Shown here: one piece after another, positions 57,825 through 64,000 of the stretch
How positions within the stretch are numbered: position 1 is the stretch's first letter
How the letters are laid out: the number at the start of each line of letters is the position of its first letter
Assembly (NCBI RefSeq): GCF_964204645.1
Contig: NC_134026.1
Location: forward strand, 26,384,150 to 26,448,149
DNA: 64,000 nt
Direction: 5' to 3'
From: Tubulanus polymorphus
Lineage: Eukaryota > Animalia > Nemertea
Program-made: the position numbers and the translations under genes
The notes under the pieces: model-generated
The model's input: the letters and a program-made list of their open reading frames with translations, nothing else
What the model was told of the DNA's origin: nothing
Databases searched by the model: none

Positions 57825-60800
57825 ATGGAAGTTGGTGCCGGCAATTTTCTGGAGTTCAGTGCCCTATTACTGATTATTTTACAGATCATAATTTCGACCG
57901 AAGGTAAGTTAAATTACTTAGATCAAACGGTATGGCCTTTCTACGCTCTTACAACATTAGATATTTGCTTTTACGAAATATTTCTCTGCGCTGTTGCAAA
58001 GTTCAGTAAACAACATTCTATAAATACGCAACAGTAGCTATTCTTTGAAGACTTTTAGGATGTTAAACTGCTAACTGATAGCAAGAATATGATGTAAATA
58101 ACACGTTATTGCATACTTTTGACAAAATCAGATTTTTGCCTAATATATATATATATATTCAGTGGATATCAAAAACAGATTTGTAGTTTTCATTGTCTTT
58201 CTTCAATTCTGATACTTTATCACATTAACACAAGAAGGCTGAAATTTCCTATATTGAACCAAACTAGTTAAGACTTGTGGAAAATGTATACTGAATACCA
58301 TATAATGAAATAATAGCCCCATGTTAAACACATATGAAGTTCAATGAAAATCGATGTTTTTTAGGTCAACAAAAATCTATATCAATTTCGATCGCTCCAA
58401 ATTCATACGCCGTCATTCAGTTTAAAAAGTTTTATATTTCAGCATTCATTTATATTTCGTATAATATTAGAGTTTCAGAGATTCAGCTGTACACGGAGTA
58501 GAAGCAGTGATAGCGTCAAGCTATATTTGAAGAGCTTTAGGTCAGAGTGGTACCAATAAATCATTCTATTAATGGATTTCTGTTATTATTCTGCCAAACT
58601 GCCGTTACCTGGCTACCGGAACAGGTTTTATGACCAGCTGTAAAGAAATACCAGCTTTAACGTGTTTCTACCCATCAAACGCTGATTGACATCAGAGACA
58701 AATTTTCCATATCACACAAAGAGCAACTTTCCCCAACATCTAAACGATTACAAATTTTTTGTTTCAGGAAGTAATCCAGATCACGAATGGGGCTATACAA
58801 AAGATAACGGTAAGTTGAAATGTATCATGCTCTAGTTTCAGATTAGATATCCAAAGTTAAAAAAAGGCATAAAAATAACACCAAGTGAAAAAATGTCATA
58901 AGTGTTTTTAGTTTAGGAATTGGAGCTTGTATAGAAATTCAGAATGATGTTATGGCAAGCTCATCCATCAAATTTGATTAGAATTGCCTAGTGAACGAGA
59001 CTAATGATTTGATATGACTAAGCTTCAAACCGCATAGCTATCTCCTATGGGAGCGCATAACCGATATGGTTAGTTTAACCATCTCTTCATCCGCAAAAAG
59101 TTTTCATGATTTTTTAAACGATGTACACAGTTTCGTTAAATGACAATCCTACCCCTGAGATATTATCAAATTGGGTAAATGTCCATATTCATTATGTTAT
59201 TCATAGGATTAACAGCAAGCTTTTACCAGAGGGACTTGTTTTGAAGCTAATTCGAATTGGGCTAACTAGTTTTCATGAAATTTTCAGGCCCATTTCACTG
59301 GCCGAAATGGTATCCACAGTGTGATGGTAAATCTCAATCCCCGATCACGATCAAAGGCGAATCAGCAACTTACCAGCCACAGAATACGAGCTATACAATA
59401 TCTCCTGGATATATGACGGAATCTGATAAAATGTATGCGGAAAACAATGGTCACACATGTAGGTTTCATACCAATATTCATTATGGCAATTTACAGAAGA
59501 ACTTGTACTAATCTGTGACAGATATTATCTAGATAAAGGTCCCTTATGATATATCATCAAGATGTAGTATTTTTCTAAATATGCTTTATCAGACCATTTA
59601 TCGTTCATTACTCAGTCACTGATATCAGCATGGTAGTTATATGTCTGACATGTCTGTCTAATTCTGATACAATCATTCCCTGGGCATACCTTGGCTTCTT
59701 TTATCTATGTACATACTAAGTTATTCAAACAATATCATTGTGTTCATTGTTTGTTATTGTAAAAAATCTAATTCGCCCCACTTCAATACAACTATATCCA
59801 AATATTGAAACACAGCTTGATTTTTTCTTTCAGTACAAATTAGCTCAAACGTGGATTTCTTCATCAACGGTTTCAACCTCCCGAACAAATATAAAGTTCT
59901 CCAGTTTCACATGCATTGGGGTAGCTCTAGAACTATGAATGTTGGTTCGGAACATTATATTAATGGCATCTCATTCCCGTTAGAGGTAAGTTCAATAAAG
60001 AAATTATTAACACCAAAATGACATACAAAAAATACCCATAGCCTAGGTTGATGGCATTCACTTTTTATTTGGATAGTCATTGAATGACTTTATTTACACA
60101 ATATAATCATACTCTTGAAAAACTATTAAGAATAAAACTAGCTCAACTAGCCCATTAGCCCTCTAGATATCTGTTTCACTAACTCAATGGGGAATTATGA
60201 AAACTTTTGCCAATGAGGAATAATTTAGAGGGGTAACGGAACACGGTAAGAACCATAAACACGACGTACCTTTATCAACTGTAAGACAATTTCTATGAAA
60301 GCAGTATTGCCAAATGAAATGTTATTAGCTTTTGCACTGTTTCAGCACGTATAGAGGTTAAACATGATTAATGCATGATTTGATGGATAAATGATTTTTT
60401 ACACTATCAAACAGAATTGGCCAATTACTTAATAATTACATGTATAGCCTGATTTGAAAACGGTATTAATTGTAACTACAATGCCATCAGAAATAATTTT
60501 CATATCTTTATAGCTTCATATAGTGACATTTAATAAGGAGAAATATGAACGACTGGACACAACATCGCCGCAGAATGGTCCTGATACACTGGCTGTATTT
60601 GGATTACTATTCAAAGTCAGTAGAACTGAGAAAAATGAAAAATAAATGCTCAAAAGAATATCAAAATCTTAGAAATTGATCACATGGTTTTACGCCATGT
60701 CAGTAAATAATTTTTGGTCTCATGTATACTTCTACCATGTAACCTTTTGCCATGTAACTTTCTACCATGTAACCTTTTACTCTTCTTTCAGACTTTCATA

Positions 60801-61531
60801 TCATGGCATTAAACTGCATTAACCTAAACCTTTTGTTTCTAAAACAGCAACAGAAAAATGACAATCCAGACCTTGCTCAAATTCTCAAGCTTAACTTCAG
60901 CGAAATAATTTTTCCTGGTAAATATCAAACTAGCAAATTGGGCATGATGGTACCCATACAACGATGAAACTTTTTAAAAATAATTTCACAACTTTTTGTA
61001 TTTTTTACAGGTGATAAGAAAATAGAATTTCCCGCATTTCCCTTGAACAACCTTTTCAACGGATTCAAAACTGACCAGTACTTCCAGTACAACGGTTCAT
61101 TAACAACACCTGGCTGTCAAGAGATTGTAAGTTGGACCGTCTTCCCTTTTGGACCTGGAGTATCAGTCAATCAGGTAAAATTGAAAAACCTCTTTCATAA
61201 TCAGCTCTCATCAAATTATTATTCGCACTAGAGTGTTTGATAGATTTAGTCTTTCATGAATTCAGTCGCCTTAAATATAATAGAACGAATTTTCTGATTT
61301 CAGATCGCTAAGCTACAAACACTTTCCATGACTAGAGACAAAATGACACCGATGGTGAATAATCATCGCAACCCTCAATCGCTGAACAACCGTAAAGTCA
61401 CTCGGTCATTCGCTGATTTCAAAATGGGTGAATTGCTGTCTCTTAGCCGGGGTAGTCTACAATCAACTGCACCATCTATCGTAATCATCTCTTCAGTATT
61501 CATGACGTTACTAATGATGACCTTTCATTAA
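57825..61531 (+). CDS. Alpha-carbonic anhydrase, secreted/GPI-anchored (CA IV-like), multi-exon
   Basis: Signal peptide exon; WGY..GPFHWPKWYPQCDGKSQSPI; NNGHT (His64); QFHMHWG and GSEH...ELHIV (three Zn-binding His); YFQYNGSLTTPGCQEIVSWTVF; NNHRNPQSLNNRKV; hydrophobic C-terminal tail. Confidence 0.93.
60730..60779. repeat. ~15-bp minisatellite (ccatgtaac core, x3) in a CA intron
   Basis: ttctaccatgtaacc / ttttgccatgtaact / ttctaccatgtaacc. Confidence 0.8.
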
Positions 61532-64000
61532 ATAATCCACACATTCTATCAATAATGACCTAAACTGAGGTTCTCAATGAAATGGTATGGTGTGGGAGGG
61601 GGGAGCTTAGTTAACAGGTATGAAAACAGAAAGATCTGAGATATGTGTCAATCATACAATAATTTACAATGTATCTATCCTACACGGATATTCCAGTCAT
61701 TGCATGCAGTTTTACTTCCTGATGATACTTGCCGATTTATAGGACATCATGTTATCGATTATATACATTCATTAGTCATCTGATTTCTCCATTTACAGTA
61801 TTGTAATCAAAACTTCTTTAATAAATTATACATGAAAATTTATCATCAAAAAGGTTTTATCGTCCAATATAGTTGCGCACAGAGGAGGTAGATGGCCTAT
61901 GAGTAGTATTGGTACGGCAAGTCAGAGCGTGTGACATGATAAATTTCATTCACATCACCAATGACTGCTTGCTTAATTTCTCTCGAGTTTAAACTGATCG
62001 TAAAGGAAGATATTTTCATGATACCATTCCGATCACCTTGAGTGCATTTGCTTGTTCGTAACATAAACTGATTTAGCATCGATAAAACCTTGTCTATTGA
62101 ACACATCTAATTTGACACATGATAAACAGCTAGCGACTAATAGACTTTTAAAGGTGAATCAGTTTCATTCCCAATAAACATCTTATCGCACTTGAGTCAC
62201 GGTCTTTCTAGAAAATAAATATGCATTAAGGATAGATGGCAGCTGTTTGACAGATCATTCATGAAAGAATGAGATCTACGCTATTCTTAATTCTCACTAA
62301 AAATCCCCCAACTTCGGCGAACACGAACTTATCACAAAATTAATAAGCTAGAAAACAAACATATCATTCATGATAAACAAGAAAGTGTTGCTGTTTCGTA
62401 AAGCAATATTTCTCGCGAATGATGGATTATTACTTTCGACCCTGAGTCAAACTTAGGTGATCATTCGCAGTCAGCCAGTAGTAATCCTGACAATGTTGAC
62501 AACTCAACAAATAGAATCGTGAATGGCAGGCACCAGCTGTATTAAGGGTTGCAAATAATCCTGAATAATTTATTTTGATTGAGTGCATTCGCTTGTTTTC
62601 TGTCACTTGAGCTGAAACTAGTAAATTTTAAATCAAAATCAAATGTTTTTACTGGTTAATCAATGTGATACAATGTCAATAAAGTCCAATAGAATCGGAC
62701 TCTCGCTAGAAGATAACTGATTTGATGTGAGGGATTGCATAATACACTTTGACGTAAAACTGTCACGTATCTGAATAATTCTACCACGATTTTTTTTAAA
62801 TCAATTTTGCGAAAAGATTTATCTATTGCTTTGATCCGTGTTTGATCATACGCCATCAATGACACAAATTTGCCTCATAACTGGTTACAGTTGCGATCAA
62901 TGTGTCATCTCGAAGAACGGACTTTGATTTTTTCCGAACGATTTTGGGCAAAAGCAAGGACTTAATTTGACACCGGAATTCTTGTCTACAAATAAATAAA
63001 ACGTAGGAGAAATAGATAAAATCAGTTTGACGCCTAGTTATTTGATGACATGTCATGAATTAGAATAGACTTACTACTTTTTAAATAAAATCTCTCTCCA
63101 ATTGAGAACATCATTACCACACATTGTCCTGTTCTACTCTAATTGCACAGATTGAAATTAATTGACTATATGCGTATCTATGTACAAAGATTTATGATAA
63201 AAATCAACTGAATCAGCTTATGTAAGATGTGAATCAGCGATTCGCATAGATTTGTTCATTTTCTACTTAAAAGCCTTGAGAGGTATAAATAATGCCCACA
63301 AAGCATCGACGAATGTCCACTGCAAAGATCGATACATAAATATCGCTGAGTGGTCTGATGCATGCTGCCCAGGGGGAGAAATAGTTGCGAATTGGCCGCG
63401 TCAGTTTGAAACTAAATGATCGATGAGATGAGACAGTCACCAATGTACTGTTATCATTTGTCTTCGTATTCACAATGACACTCTAAGATTGTTTCCATAG
63501 CCATGTGATCACTTTTTATCAAATTGGCTCAATTATCCGGGGTGCGCGGTATTATCATAACATTGGTAGGTGTTCAGAGTGGAATGACAGTAATTTACCA
63601 TAAACGAAAGAACATCAGGCTGTTATAGCTTACTAAATAGAGACTGTGGCATTTATTGGTATTATATGAACTGGAAATCAAGAAAAACAATGTGTATGTT
63701 GAATTAGCGGTAATTTTCCTCGACGGATTTTTTGAGAGATAACTTCACTTCTCGCTGTGTAGAGATAGCTGTACTGTCACTAATCAGGAATGTATCTTGC
63801 ACAAAAATTCTTAGCACGTTGAAACTGTCAGGCACAGATGTGGCGCATCAGAGCAAGTATTTAACGGTCGAACACCAAAAGAAACTTGACTTCAAATTCC
63901 TTGTAGATCTACGATCCTTAGCAATTCTTCTCTTACTTATGACAGTCTGGGGTTTAGTGATACATCCATGGTTTGGAGTTTTGACAGAAAGCAAGCCCGG

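Overview
Gene-dense, AT-rich eukaryotic (invertebrate animal, probably spiralian) genomic DNA with short spliceosomal introns; not prokaryotic. Nine multi-exon protein-coding genes were reconstructed by eye: F-box/LRR protein (-, 3' end outside window), ZIP13 zinc transporter (+), SAM-SH2 SLP-76/BLNK-family adaptor (-), DOK-family PH-PTB adaptor (+), PP2A B55 subunit (-), RPB2 (-), myosin regulatory light chain (-), SAC2/INPP5F (-, 5' half outside window) and a GPI-type alpha-carbonic anhydrase (+). The most notable observations are: (1) three tandem, homologous, apparently mutually exclusive exons that swap the phosphorylatable N-terminus of the myosin RLC, with candidate splicing-control elements around them; (2) the carbonic anhydrase nested antisense in an INPP5F intron; (3) a head-to-head SLP-76-like/DOK-like adaptor pair sharing a ~400 bp promoter with a perfect kB site; (4) a GT-AG U12 intron in B55; (5) a Merlin/IS1595-like transposon with TIRs and an 8-bp TSD inserted in a MITE whose empty sibling copy lies in the same window. 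Exon boundaries and motif coordinates were read manually and may be off by a few bases. Gene identities come from recalled protein motifs, not database searches.
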